64,000 nt of DNA, taken from Acidimicrobiales bacterium. GTDB taxonomy: Bacteria; Actinomycetota; Acidimicrobiia; Acidimicrobiales; SZUA-35. The stretch's first letter is position 1; the number at the start of each line of letters is the position of its first letter. Both the position numbers and the translations under genes were made by a program. The stretch lies in NCBI GenBank assembly GCA_965216675.1, contig CBDCGK010000004.1, positions 5,071,650 through 5,135,649 of the forward strand. The letters are read 5' to 3'. Below are positions 25,632 through 35,458 of the stretch, piece by piece. The notes below the pieces were generated by a model that saw only the letters and a program-made list of their open reading frames with translations, searched no databases and was not told where the DNA came from.

Positions 25632-25925
25632 ATGGTCACCGAGAACAGCAACGCCTCGACCAACAGCGTGTCGATCACGCTGCAGAACACCGAGGATGCC
25701 CGTCCCATCGTGGACGCCATCGTCGCCGACAATCCCGATGCCGTCGTCAGCCATTTCCCGGCGATGGTCAAGGTCGACTGCCCGGGACGGCTGTCGATCA
25801 ACGCCCAGTCGGTCAGCGATCGGATCGGTCGCGACTGGGACCCACAGGAACTGCACCTGAGCGTGATCTCACTCTCGGGGAACATCGACGAAGACGACGA
25901 CCTATTCGAACTCTCCTGGAACTGA
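25632..25925 (+). CDS. dmpM: Phenol hydroxylase P2 effector protein (MmoB/DmpM family)
   Basis: 97 aa from ATG 25632, preceded by an AGAGGAG RBS. Its size and position match the cofactorless regulatory component. Confidence 0.85.
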   Translation: MVTENSNASTNSVSITLQNTEDARPIVDAIVADNPDAVVSHFPAMVKVDCPGRLSINAQSVSDRIGRDWDPQELHLSVISLSGNIDEDDDLFELSWN

Positions 25926-25933
25926 GGAACGAC

Positions 25934-27451
25934 ATGGCAAAGCGCATTCCGCTGAAGAAGAAGTACGAGTACATGACCCGCGGCCTGGCATGGGACACGA
26001 CGTACCAGGACATGGACGATGTGTATCCCTACGACAAGTTCGAAGGCATCACGATCCACAACTGGGACGACTGGGTCGATCCGTTCCGGCTCACCCAGGA
26101 CGCCTACTGGAAGTTCCAGGCCGAGAAGGAGCGGAAGCTGTACGCGGTCATCGACTCCTACGCCCAGAACAACGGCCAGCTCGGTCTGAGCGACGCCCGG
26201 TACCTGGGGGCGCTCAAACTGTTCCTGACCGGCGTCAGCCCGCTCGAGTATCAGGCCCACCGCCACTTTGCCCATCTGGCCCGCAACATCCGCGGCACGG
26301 GAGCGCAGGTCTCGGCCCAGATGCAATCGGTCGACGAGTTGCGCCACGCCCAGACCCAGATCCACGCCATCAGCCACTACAACAAGTTCTTCGACGGTCT
26401 GCACGACTTCACCCACATGCACGACCGGGTCTGGTACCTGTCGGTGCCGAAGTCGTTCTTCGACGACGCCGTCTCGGCCGGTCCCTTCGAGTTCTTCACC
26501 GCCATCTCGTTCAGTTTCGAGTACGTGCTGACCAACCTGTTGTTCGTGCCGTTCATGTCGGGAGCCGCCTACAACGGCGATCTGGCCACGGTCACGTTCG
26601 GATTCTCGGCCCAGTCCGACGAGTCCCGGCACATGACGCTCGGCCTCGAGGTGATCAAGTTCCTCCTCGAACAGGACGAGGGCAACGTTCCCATCGTCCA
26701 GCACTGGATCGACAAGTGGTTCTGGCGTGGACACCGGCTGCTCAGCCTGGTGGGCATGATGATGGACTACATGCTCCCGAAGAAGGTCATGTCGTGGAAG
26801 GACGCCTGGGAGATGTACTTCGAGGAACAGGGTGGCGCACTGTTCGACGATCTCGGCCGCTACGGGATCCGCCCGCCCAAGCACGCCGACATCGCCACCG
26901 CCGAGAAGGAACGAATCAGCCACGAGGTCTGGGCCATCTTCTACCAGTACACCCACGCCGCCGGCTTCCACACCTGGGATCTCGACGACGAACACAAGGC
27001 CTGGCTCTCGGCTTCCTACCCCGATACGTTCGACAAGTACTACCGGCCCCGCCTCGACCTGTGGAAGGACAGGGCCGCCGCCGGCAACCGGTACTACAAC
27101 ATGGCCCTGCCCCAGCTCTGCCAGGTCTGTCAGATCCCGATGGGCTTCACCGAGCCCGACGATCCGACCACGATCTGCTTCCGCTCCCGGGAGTACAAGG
27201 GCGATCGCTATCACTTCTGCAGCGATGGCTGCCAGTACATCTTCGACCACGAGCCCGAGAAGTACATCCAGGCCTGGCTGCCGGTGCACCAGATCTTCCA
27301 GGGCAATTGTGGAGGGGCCGAAATCCCCGACGTGTTGAACTGGTACCACCTCAACCTCGACGCCGACAACATGGCGTACGAGGGATCGCCGGAAGAGACG
27401 CTGTGGAACGAGTGGATGGCGAGCCGACGCGTCGGCGCCGCCCGGAGCTGA
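25934..27451 (+). CDS. dmpN: Phenol hydroxylase P3, diiron catalytic alpha subunit (DmpN-like)
   Basis: 505 aa, DmpN-like along the whole length from memory. Diiron ligand motifs DELRH and SDESRH are present, and the C-terminus carries CQVC...CSDGC. Confidence 0.95.
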   Translation: MAKRIPLKKKYEYMTRGLAWDTTYQDMDDVYPYDKFEGITIHNWDDWVDPFRLTQDAYWKFQAEKERKLYAVIDSYAQNNGQLGLSDARYLGALKLFLTGVSPLEYQAHRHFAHLARNIRGTGAQVSAQMQSVDELRHAQTQIHAISHYNKFFDGLHDFTHMHDRVWYLSVPKSFFDDAVSAGPFEFFTAISFSFEYVLTNLLFVPFMSGAAYNGDLATVTFGFSAQSDESRHMTLGLEVIKFLLEQDEGNVPIVQHWIDKWFWRGHRLLSLVGMMMDYMLPKKVMSWKDAWEMYFEEQGGALFDDLGRYGIRPPKHADIATAEKERISHEVWAIFYQYTHAAGFHTWDLDDEHKAWLSASYPDTFDKYYRPRLDLWKDRAAAGNRYYNMALPQLCQVCQIPMGFTEPDDPTTICFRSREYKGDRYHFCSDGCQYIFDHEPEKYIQAWLPVHQIFQGNCGGAEIPDVLNWYHLNLDADNMAYEGSPEETLWNEWMASRRVGAARS

Positions 27452-27464
27452 GGAGAAGCACACG

Positions 27465-27827
27465 ATGCCTGTCACCGCATTGAAGCCGGGCTACACCGGC
27501 GAGAACCTCGACGCCCGCGAGAACTTCGGGCCCAACCAGTTGGTCTACATCCACTGGGAACAACACCTGATGTTCTGTGCCGCACTGGCGTTCCCTCTAC
27601 CGCCGGAGATGCCGTTCGGGGCCGTTGTCGGTGAGTTGCTCCCGCAGTTCTACGGCCCTCACCCCGACTTCGAGAAGATCGACTGGACCGCGGTGCGCTG
27701 GAACCTCGACGGCGAGGACTTCACCCCCGATCTGGACGCCTCGCTGGCGGACAACGGTGTCGGTCACAAGTCATTGATCCGCTTCTGGACCCCCGGACTC
27801 GTCGGCCTGGGCGAGTCCGGGGCCTGA
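27465..27827 (+). CDS. dmpO: Phenol hydroxylase P4 gamma subunit (DmpO-like)
   Basis: 120 aa. The conserved stretch LVYIHWEQHLMFCAALAFPLPPEMPFG and its position after the alpha subunit support the call. Confidence 0.8.
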   Translation: MPVTALKPGYTGENLDARENFGPNQLVYIHWEQHLMFCAALAFPLPPEMPFGAVVGELLPQFYGPHPDFEKIDWTAVRWNLDGEDFTPDLDASLADNGVGHKSLIRFWTPGLVGLGESGA

Positions 27828-27839
27828 CGGAGCGTCGTC

Positions 27840-28892
27840 GTGGCCACCCAACTCACGGTCGAGCCGATCGAGGAAACGGTCGAGGTCGCCGACGGCCAGA
27901 CGTTACTCGACGCCTGCCTCCGGGCCGGAGTGTGGCTCCCGCACGCCTGTGGCCACGGGCTGTGCGGGACCTGCAAGGTCGAGGTGCTCGACGGTGAGGT
28001 CGATCACGGCGAGGCGTCGTCGTTCGCGCTGATGGACTTCGAGCGCGATGAGGGTTTCACCCTGGCCTGCTCGGCGACCGCTCGCTGCGACGTCACCATC
28101 GAGGCCGACATCGACGAGGAGCCGGACGCCGTGGTGCGCCCCGTACGCGACCACGACGCGACGGTCAGCCGGCTCGAACACCTGACCAGCGACATCCTCG
28201 GGATCTGGCTCACCACCGATGAACCGGTGGAGTTCCAGGCCGGACAGTATCTCCAGCTCCACGTGCCCGGGGTCAAGCGGCCGAGAGCGTTCTCGTTCGC
28301 CAACAACCCGGCAACGACCAACGAGATCGAACTTCACGTGCGACTCGTACCCGACGGTGAGGCCACACCGACGTTGCACGGCGACCTCCAGGTCGGCGAC
28401 CGGTTGCGGTTCTCGGGTCCCTACGGCCGGTTCTTCGTTCGCCGGTCCCACGACAAGCCGATGCTGTTCCTCGCCGGCGGCTCGGGCCTGTCCAGCCCGA
28501 AATCGATGATCGAAGATCTCCTGACCACCGGCTGCGAGCTGCCCATCACGCTGATCCACGGGGTCCGCACGGCGTCCGACGTCTACTTCCACGACATGTT
28601 CCGCCGCCTCGAAGCAGAACACCCGAACTTCACCTACGTCCCGGCGCTCAGCCAACCCGACGGCAGCACGTGGAGTGGGGAGACGGGCTTCGTCCACGAG
28701 GTCGCCGAGCGCCGTTTCGACGGCTCCTTCAAAGGCCTGTCGGCCTACCTGTGCGGTCCACCGGTGATGATCGAGGCCTGCGTCCGGTCGTTGATGAAAG
28801 GCCGCCTGTTCGAACGAGACATCTTCACCGAACGGTTCGTGACCGAGGCGGACGGTGAGTCGGCCAAGAGCCCACTGTTCAAGAGGCTCTGA
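27840..28892 (+). CDS. dmpP: Phenol hydroxylase P5 reductase (2Fe-2S ferredoxin plus FAD/NADH oxidoreductase, DmpP-like)
   Basis: Plant-type 2Fe-2S motif CGHGLCGTCKV, a flavin module RAFSFAN, and an NAD module LFLAGGSGLSSP. Confidence 0.9.
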   Translation: MATQLTVEPIEETVEVADGQTLLDACLRAGVWLPHACGHGLCGTCKVEVLDGEVDHGEASSFALMDFERDEGFTLACSATARCDVTIEADIDEEPDAVVRPVRDHDATVSRLEHLTSDILGIWLTTDEPVEFQAGQYLQLHVPGVKRPRAFSFANNPATTNEIELHVRLVPDGEATPTLHGDLQVGDRLRFSGPYGRFFVRRSHDKPMLFLAGGSGLSSPKSMIEDLLTTGCELPITLIHGVRTASDVYFHDMFRRLEAEHPNFTYVPALSQPDGSTWSGETGFVHEVAERRFDGSFKGLSAYLCGPPVMIEACVRSLMKGRLFERDIFTERFVTEADGESAKSPLFKRL

Positions 28893-29263
28893 TGCCGTCC
28901 GCCGACGACAGACATTCGCCCGAGTCTCCCGTGGCCCCGAGCCCCGACGCAAACCGGTGCTGGCTCCGCCCGGCCGGAACCGACGGTGGGGCCCTGGGTA
29001 CCTGGTTCGATGTCCGGCACGGCGAACGGCTGTTGCACGAGATGATCAAGCACCAGGTCGACGACATCCCGGTCGGCTGCCGCGGCGGCGGCTGCGGAGT
29101 CTGCCGGGTCCGGGTCATCGAAGGCGACTACACCACGAGACGGATGAGCCGCAAACACGTCTCGGAGGACGAGGAGGCCGACGGTGTCGCCCTGGCCTGC
29201 CGCATCATTCCGACCTCGGACATCGTCGTCGAGATGGCACCGGCCGACAACCCCTCCATCTAG
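28892..29263 (+). CDS. dmpQ: XylT/DmpQ-type 2Fe-2S ferredoxin (catechol dioxygenase reactivating type)
   Basis: Motifs VGCRGGGCGVCRVRV...ALACR. It sits immediately before the catechol 2,3-dioxygenase gene, as in dmp/xyl operons. Confidence 0.75.
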   Translation: MPSADDRHSPESPVAPSPDANRCWLRPAGTDGGALGTWFDVRHGERLLHEMIKHQVDDIPVGCRGGGCGVCRVRVIEGDYTTRRMSRKHVSEDEEADGVALACRIIPTSDIVVEMAPADNPSI

Positions 29264-29311
29264 CCATCCAGTTCCATCCCTACCAGCAGTCCCAGCAAGG
29301 AGTACCCAACC

Positions 29312-30232
29312 ATGGCCCTCAACGGAGTTCTTCGACCCGGCATCATCCAGATCCGTGTTCTCGACATGGACGACGCAATCGTCCACTACCGCGACCGGCT
29401 CGGCCTACACGAGGTCTCGACCGGCGATGACGGTCGCGTCTACCTCAAGGGCTGGGACGAGTTCGACCGTCACAGCGTGATCCTCCGCGAAGCCGATCAA
29501 GCGGGCATGGACTTCATGGCGTTCAAGGTGTTGGACGAGGCCACGCTCGAACAGCTGACCGCCGACCTCACCGCCTACGGGGTCGACGTCGAGCACATCG
29601 CCGCCGAAGACCAGCCGGGCGTCGGTCGTCGAGTCTCGTTCATCATCCCGAGCGGACATCGAATCGAGCTCTACGCCGAGATGGAACGGGCCGAGTTCCA
29701 CCCCTCCCTCGAGAACCCCGATGTGTGGCCGGAGGAGCCCCGCGGCATGGGCGTCAACCGATTCGACCACGCCCTCCTCTATGGCCCGGACATCGACAAG
29801 GTGACCGACCTGTTCTGCAACGTACTCGGGTTCGAGGTGGCCGAACAGGCCGAACTCGGCCCCGGTGCCGTCGCCGTGTGGCTCACCTGTTCGAACAAGG
29901 CGCACGACATCGCCTTTGTCCCGAACCCCGATCCGGGCAGCTTCCACCATGCGGCGTTCTTCCTCGAGGAACAGAACCACGTGACCCACGCCGGCGACAT
30001 CATGGCCTTCTATGACATCCCGATCGACGTCGGCCCGACCCGTCACGGCATCACCCGCGGCCGCACGATCTACTTCTTCGATCCGTGCGGCAACCGCAAC
30101 GAGGTGTTTGCCGGTGGCTACACCTACTACCCGGACAACCCGACCCGCACCTGGACCACCGACGCCCTCGGCAAGGGGATCTTCTACTACGAGCGGGAAC
30201 TCAACGACGCCTTCCTCAGCGTCTACACCTGA
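29312..30232 (+). CDS. dmpB: Catechol 2,3-dioxygenase (extradiol, two VOC modules)
   Basis: 306 aa. Motifs GVLRPG..QIRVLDMD.A..HY, HHAAFF and YFFDPCGNRNEVF are typical of XylE/DmpB. Confidence 0.9.
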   Translation: MALNGVLRPGIIQIRVLDMDDAIVHYRDRLGLHEVSTGDDGRVYLKGWDEFDRHSVILREADQAGMDFMAFKVLDEATLEQLTADLTAYGVDVEHIAAEDQPGVGRRVSFIIPSGHRIELYAEMERAEFHPSLENPDVWPEEPRGMGVNRFDHALLYGPDIDKVTDLFCNVLGFEVAEQAELGPGAVAVWLTCSNKAHDIAFVPNPDPGSFHHAAFFLEEQNHVTHAGDIMAFYDIPIDVGPTRHGITRGRTIYFFDPCGNRNEVFAGGYTYYPDNPTRTWTTDALGKGIFYYERELNDAFLSVYT

Positions 30233-30291
30233 TCGGCGGCGCCCGGCGCCGTACCCGCACACCGACCTTCACCTCTCCGATTGGACAGCAC

Positions 30292-31764
30292 ATGAGCGCA
30301 ACGCGCCCGGAATTCATGAATTTCATCAACGGCGAGTTTCGACCGGGATCGACCGGTTCGATGTTCGAGAACCGGTCGCCCGTCGACGGCTCACTCATCG
30401 GGATGGTCCACGAAGCCTCGGCGGACGACGTCCACGCCGCCGTCGAGGCGGCGCGGGCCGCTCGCACCGCTACCTGGGGACAACTCTCGATGCCCGAACG
30501 ATCCGAGTTGCTGCGGTCGGTCGCCGACGAAATCGACCGCCGTTTCGACGACTTCCTCGCCGCCGAGATGCTCGACACCGGCAAGCCGAGATCTATCGCA
30601 AGCCAGATCGACATTCCCCGTGGGGCGGCCAACTTCCGGGTGTTCGCCGACCTGGTCAAGAACGTGCCCGGTGAACACTTCCACCTCGCCACCCCGGACG
30701 GTCTCGGGGCGGCCAACCTCCAGCTTCACAAGCCGCGCGGCGTGATCGCCGTGGTGTGCCCGTGGAACCTCCCCCTGCTGTTGATGACCTGGAAGGTCGG
30801 CCCGGCGCTGGCCTGGGGCAACACCGTGGTGGTGAAACCGTCGGAGGAGACGCCTGCCACCGCAACCCTGCTCGGCGAGGTGATGAACGACATGGGAGTA
30901 CCGGCCGGGGTCTACAACGTGATACACGGCTTCGGTCCGAACTCCGCGGGCGAGTTCCTCACCTCCCATCCCGGCGTCGACGGGATCACCTTCACCGGTG
31001 AGACCCGTACCGGCTCGGCCATCATGAAGGCCGCGGCGGACGGGGTCCGAGCCGTCTCGATGGAGATGGGGGGCAAGAACCCCGGCATCGTGTTCGCCGA
31101 CGCCGACCTCGACGAGGCGGTCGCCGGCACGGCACGCTCGGCGTTCGCCAACTCCGGCCAGGTCTGCCTCGGGACGGAGCGGGTCTACGTCGAGCGCCCG
31201 GTTTTCGAGGAGTTCGTCAATCGGCTGGCCGACAAGGCGAAGGCCATGACGATCGGTGATCCGAACGACGCTTCGGTCGAACTCGGTCCGCTGATCTCCG
31301 AAGAACACCGCCGGAAGGTGCTCGGCTACTACCGACGGGCGGTCGACGAGGGCGCCATGGTCGTGACCGGTGGCGGCGTACCCGATGTCGGTGAGGAGCT
31401 GGCGAAGGGTGCCTGGGTCGAACCGACGATCTGGACGGGACTCGACGACGATGCCACGGTCGTCACCGAGGAGATCTTCGGGCCGTGCTGCCACGTTCGG
31501 CCGTTCGACACCGAGGAGGAGGTTGTACGGCTGGCCAACGACACCGAGTACGGCCTGGCCGCGACCGTCTGGACCCGGGATCTCAGCCGGGCCCATCGGG
31601 TATCGAGCCGGCTCGAGGTGGGATTGTGCTGGGTCAACTCGTGGTTCCTGCGCGATCTGCGCACAAGTTTCGGCGGCATGAAGGCCTCGGGAATAGGCCG
31701 CGAGGGTGGGGCGCACTCGACCGAGTTCTACACCGAGCCGACCAACGTCTGTATCAAGCTCTGA
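30292..31764 (+). CDS. dmpC: 2-hydroxymuconic semialdehyde dehydrogenase
   Basis: From ATG 30292 the protein reads MSATRPEFMNFINGEF... ALDH motifs EMGGKNP and NSGQVCLGTERVYV (catalytic Cys) are present. The gene follows C23O. Confidence 0.9.
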   Translation: MSATRPEFMNFINGEFRPGSTGSMFENRSPVDGSLIGMVHEASADDVHAAVEAARAARTATWGQLSMPERSELLRSVADEIDRRFDDFLAAEMLDTGKPRSIASQIDIPRGAANFRVFADLVKNVPGEHFHLATPDGLGAANLQLHKPRGVIAVVCPWNLPLLLMTWKVGPALAWGNTVVVKPSEETPATATLLGEVMNDMGVPAGVYNVIHGFGPNSAGEFLTSHPGVDGITFTGETRTGSAIMKAAADGVRAVSMEMGGKNPGIVFADADLDEAVAGTARSAFANSGQVCLGTERVYVERPVFEEFVNRLADKAKAMTIGDPNDASVELGPLISEEHRRKVLGYYRRAVDEGAMVVTGGGVPDVGEELAKGAWVEPTIWTGLDDDATVVTEEIFGPCCHVRPFDTEEEVVRLANDTEYGLAATVWTRDLSRAHRVSSRLEVGLCWVNSWFLRDLRTSFGGMKASGIGREGGAHSTEFYTEPTNVCIKL

Positions 31765-31781
31765 CGGGAGACAACCACGAC

Positions 31782-32594
31782 ATGGATCAGTCGACTCCGC
31801 AGCTCGTCGCTGCGGCCGAACACCTTCGAGACGTGTACACGTCCGGTTCGCCGATCGAGCCGATCGGCGATTCGATCGCCTCGGTTGCGGAGGCGTACGC
31901 CGTGCAGGAGATCAACACCGCCTACTGGATCGACGAAGGTCGTCGCCTGGTCGGACGCAAGATCGGTCTCACCTCGCACGCGGTCCAACGTCAGCTCGGC
32001 GTCGACCAGCCGGATTACGGGATGCTCTTCGCCGACATGGCCATCGACGACGGCGCGGAGATAGCCGCCGGTCGGCTCATCCAGCCAAAGGTCGAGGCCG
32101 AGATCGCGTTCGTGCTGGGCCGTGATCTGCCGTGTGCCGATACGACACCGGCCGAGGTGATGCAGGCCATCGACTTCGCCGTGGCCGCGCTGGAGATCGT
32201 CGATTCCCGCATCGCCGACTGGCGGATCTCGTTCTTCGACACCGTGGCCGACAACGGATCGTCCGGGTTGTACGTGCTCGGATCGCGACCGGTCGACCTG
32301 GCCGATTTCGATCCGATCGGGTGCGGCATGGTCATCGAATGTCGCGGCGAACCGGTTTCGGTCGGGGCCGGACGGGCTTGCCTCGGCAGCCCGGTCCGTG
32401 CCGCCGCATGGTTGGCCCGCACGATGGCGGCGGCCGGTCGCCCGCTGAGCGCCGGCGACACCATCCTGTCCGGTGCGCTCGGGCCGATGGTGACGGCGGA
32501 GCCGGGCGACGTGTTCGAAGCGCGAATCTCCGGTCTGGGCTCCGTCACCGTCGCCTTCGTCGGTACCGGCTCAGCGGAAGGAGCAACGTCGTGA
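31782..32594 (+). CDS. dmpE: 2-oxopent-4-enoate (2-keto-4-pentenoate) hydratase
   Basis: Motifs GRKIGLTSHAVQRQLGVDQPDYGMLFADM and DSRIADW are hydratase-type (XylJ/MhpD-like). Confidence 0.85.
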   Translation: MDQSTPQLVAAAEHLRDVYTSGSPIEPIGDSIASVAEAYAVQEINTAYWIDEGRRLVGRKIGLTSHAVQRQLGVDQPDYGMLFADMAIDDGAEIAAGRLIQPKVEAEIAFVLGRDLPCADTTPAEVMQAIDFAVAALEIVDSRIADWRISFFDTVADNGSSGLYVLGSRPVDLADFDPIGCGMVIECRGEPVSVGAGRACLGSPVRAAAWLARTMAAAGRPLSAGDTILSGALGPMVTAEPGDVFEARISGLGSVTVAFVGTGSAEGATS

Positions 32595-33364
32595 CCCGCC
32601 TGGCACTGTCGGAGATGGCCGAGATCGTCGACGACGCGGCGCGACGCGCCACCCCGATCGCCCAGTTCACCACCGAACACGAGCTCGACGTGGCGGACGC
32701 CTACGCCGTGCAGGCCCTCTCGATCGCCCGCCGCACGGCGCGGGGCGAGCAGATCGTCGGCATCAAGATGGGCCTCACGTCCCGGGCCAAGATGGCCCAG
32801 GTCGGTGTGGACTCCATGAGTTGGGGCCGTCTGACGGACGCGATGCTCCTGGCCGACGGCGCATCCATTTCCCTCGACGGCTACGTCCATCCCAGGGTCG
32901 AGCCGGAGATCGCCTTTCTGATCGACCGTCCCCTGGGTGGGAAGGTCACCGGTCTGCAGGCGATCGAAGCCGTCGGAGCGGTCGCGGCCGCAGCCGAGGT
33001 GATCGACTCCCGGTACGAGAACTTCCGGTTCGCGTTGGCCGACGTGATCGCCGACAACTCGTCCTCATCGAGCTTCGTCGTCGGCGACTGGCGCGATCGC
33101 GCCACCCCGTTCGACAACCTCGGTATCGCGCTGTCGGTCGACGGTCGAACCGCCGAGGTCGGTTCGAGCGCCGCCATTCTCGGTAACCCCGTCCGGTCGC
33201 TGGTCGAGGCGGCCCGACTCGTCGACCTCGCCGGTCTGCGGCTCGAACCGGGCTGGATCGTCCTGGCCGGTGCCGCCACCGCGGCGGTCCCACTGGCGCC
33301 AGGGTGCTCGTATCGCGTATCGGTCGAGTCCCTCGGCCGCGTCGGTTTCAACGTCACGATCTGA
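32591..33364 (+). CDS. dmpH: 4-oxalocrotonate decarboxylase
   Basis: The GTG start overlaps the previous stop (GTGA). Motifs [27 protein letters not shown] and DSRYENFRF are decarboxylase-type (XylI/DmpH-like). Confidence 0.85.
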   Translation: MTRLALSEMAEIVDDAARRATPIAQFTTEHELDVADAYAVQALSIARRTARGEQIVGIKMGLTSRAKMAQVGVDSMSWGRLTDAMLLADGASISLDGYVHPRVEPEIAFLIDRPLGGKVTGLQAIEAVGAVAAAAEVIDSRYENFRFALADVIADNSSSSSFVVGDWRDRATPFDNLGIALSVDGRTAEVGSSAAILGNPVRSLVEAARLVDLAGLRLEPGWIVLAGAATAAVPLAPGCSYRVSVESLGRVGFNVTI

Positions 33365-33417
33365 GTCGGGCGCCGCCCTCGACGATCCCACTACACGGTC
33401 CAACGGAAGGAAACCCC

Positions 33418-34314
33418 ATGGCCACAGCCGCCATCGTCGGTCCCGGTAACATCGGCACCGACCTGATGTACAAGTTGCTTCGTTCCCCCGACATCGAGCT
33501 GCGGTGGATGATCGGCGTCGATCCGTCATCCGAAGGCTTGAAGCTCGCCGCCGCCGAGGGACTGGAGATCTCGGCCGAGGGCGTCGACTGGCTCCTGACC
33601 CGGCCGACACTGCCTGACATCGTCTTCGAGGCCACCTCGGCCTATGTCCACGTCCGCAACGCCAAACGGTACGAGGCGGCGGGCATCCGGGCGGTCGACC
33701 TGACTCCCGCGGCGCGTGGGCCCTACGTCGTCCCGCCGGCCAACTTGCTCGAACACATCGACAAGATGAACGTCAACATGGTGACCTGCGGGGGCCAGGC
33801 CACGATCCCGATCGTGCATGCGGTGTCACGAGTCGTTCCGGTCGACTACGCGGAGATCGTGGCCACGGTGTCGTCGGCGTCGGCCGGACCGGGCACACGG
33901 CAGAACATCGACGAGTTCACTCGCACGACCGCCAAAGCCGTCGAGGTCATCGGAGGTGCAGGTCGGGGTAAGGCGATCATCATCCTCAACCCGGCCGAGC
34001 CCCCGCTGATGATGCGCGACACCATCTTCTGCTCGATCCCGATCGACGCCGATCTCGACGCGATCGACGCATCGATTCGGGAGGTCGCGGCCGAGGTCGC
34101 CACCTATGTCCCCGGCTACCGGCTCGTCGCAGACCCCCAGTTCGACGTGCCGTTCGACGACACCGGTCTGGGCCGGGTGGCCGTCTTCGTCGAGGTCGAG
34201 GGGGCGGGCGACTTCCTTCCCTCCTATGCCGGCAACCTGGACATCATGACCGCGGCAGCCACCAAGGTCGGCAATGAGATCGCCCGTTCCCTCGCCTCGA
34301 AGGAGGTCCTCTGA
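33418..34314 (+). CDS. dmpF: Acetaldehyde dehydrogenase (acylating)
   Basis: From ATG 33418 the protein reads [35 protein letters not shown] carries the catalytic Cys. The protein is DmpF/MhpF-like. Confidence 0.9.
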   Translation: MATAAIVGPGNIGTDLMYKLLRSPDIELRWMIGVDPSSEGLKLAAAEGLEISAEGVDWLLTRPTLPDIVFEATSAYVHVRNAKRYEAAGIRAVDLTPAARGPYVVPPANLLEHIDKMNVNMVTCGGQATIPIVHAVSRVVPVDYAEIVATVSSASAGPGTRQNIDEFTRTTAKAVEVIGGAGRGKAIIILNPAEPPLMMRDTIFCSIPIDADLDAIDASIREVAAEVATYVPGYRLVADPQFDVPFDDTGLGRVAVFVEVEGAGDFLPSYAGNLDIMTAAATKVGNEIARSLASKEVL

Positions 34315-35336
34315 TGCCGTTCTCCGACACCATCGACGTTCGCGTGACCGACACGAGCCTGCGTGACGGTTCCCACGCGAAACGCCATCAATTCACCGAA
34401 GCCGACGTCCGCTCGATCGTTGCCGCGCTCGACGACGCCGGCATGCCCGTCATCGAGGTTGCCCACGGTGATGGCCTCGGTGGCTCGTCCTACAACTACG
34501 GTTTCTCGGCGGTTGACGAACGGATCCTCATGAAGGCCGCGGTCGACGAGGCGACCCAGGCCGCGATCGGGGCCCTCATGCTGCCGGGCCTCGGTGTGAA
34601 GGATGACATCAAGGCGGCTCACGACCTCGGTGTATCGATCATACGCGTCGCCACCCACTGCACGGAGGCCGACATCTCCGAGCAACACTTCCAGGTGGCC
34701 CGCGAGCTCGGACTGGAGACCGTCGGCTTCCTCATGATGGCCCACACGGTGACTCCCGACCGCCTCGCTGCCCAGGCTCGCATCATGGCCGACGCCGGGT
34801 GCCAGTGTGTCTATGTCGTCGATTCCGCCGGGGCGATGGTCCTCAACGACGTCACCGACCGTGTCGCCGGTGTGGTCGCCGAGCTCGGCGATGATGCCCA
34901 GGTCGGCTTCCACGGGCACGAGAACCTGTCACTGTCGCTGGCCAACACCATCCTGGCCGTTCGGGCCGGGGCGGTACAGGTCGACGGTTCGACCTGTCGA
35001 TTCGGTGCCGGTTCGGGCAACACCAGCTGTGAGGCCCTGGCCGCCGTCGCCGAACGACTCGGGATCCGCACCGGTCTCGACGTGTTGAAGATGATCGATG
35101 CCGCCGAGGATGTCGTCCGTCCGGTCATGGACGACGAATGTGTTCTCGACCGACTCTCGATCACGATGGGCTACGCCGGGGTCTACTCCAGCTTCCTCAA
35201 GCACGCCTACCGGGCGGCCGAGCGCTACGACGTGTCGGGGGCCGACATCCTGATGGAGTGCGGTCGCCGGGGTCTGGTCGGCGGCCAGGAGGACCAGATC
35301 ATCCAGATCGCTTCGACCCTGGCCGGTCGGGCCTGA
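34314..35336 (+). CDS. dmpG: 4-hydroxy-2-oxovalerate aldolase
   Basis: Has the [12 protein letters not shown] motif of DmpG/MhpE-type HMGL-like aldolases. There is a 1-nt start/stop overlap with dmpF. Confidence 0.9.
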   Translation: MPFSDTIDVRVTDTSLRDGSHAKRHQFTEADVRSIVAALDDAGMPVIEVAHGDGLGGSSYNYGFSAVDERILMKAAVDEATQAAIGALMLPGLGVKDDIKAAHDLGVSIIRVATHCTEADISEQHFQVARELGLETVGFLMMAHTVTPDRLAAQARIMADAGCQCVYVVDSAGAMVLNDVTDRVAGVVAELGDDAQVGFHGHENLSLSLANTILAVRAGAVQVDGSTCRFGAGSGNTSCEALAAVAERLGIRTGLDVLKMIDAAEDVVRPVMDDECVLDRLSITMGYAGVYSSFLKHAYRAAERYDVSGADILMECGRRGLVGGQEDQIIQIASTLAGRA

Positions 35337-35458
35337 CAAACGGTCGGGCGGCCGAGCGCCGCCCCGGATCCGTCACCACGGGCGACCCATCCGACGGCGA
35401 ATCCAAGTAGGTACATCGAACTACTGAATTCTTCCCGCGTCCGGTCGATCAGAACACC

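Noticed and set aside
24719-27475. Very long ORFs antisense to or out of frame with recognised genes. Examples are 24719..27475(-) at 918 aa, 11759..13783(-) at 674 aa, 19421..20740(-), 39795..41546(-), 60849..62039(+) and 7118..8203(+).
   Set aside because: Their translations are Arg/Gly/Pro/Ala-rich low-complexity strings with no motifs. They overlap genes that have unambiguous family signatures on the other strand or frame. This is the typical stop-codon-poor artefact of high-GC DNA.
23397-35458. The phenol/meta-cleavage cluster as a discrete genomic island or integrative element.
   Set aside because: There is no integrase, transposase, tRNA target, flanking direct repeat or visible compositional break at either border. 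Horizontal origin remains possible, but a mobile element cannot be supported from this window.
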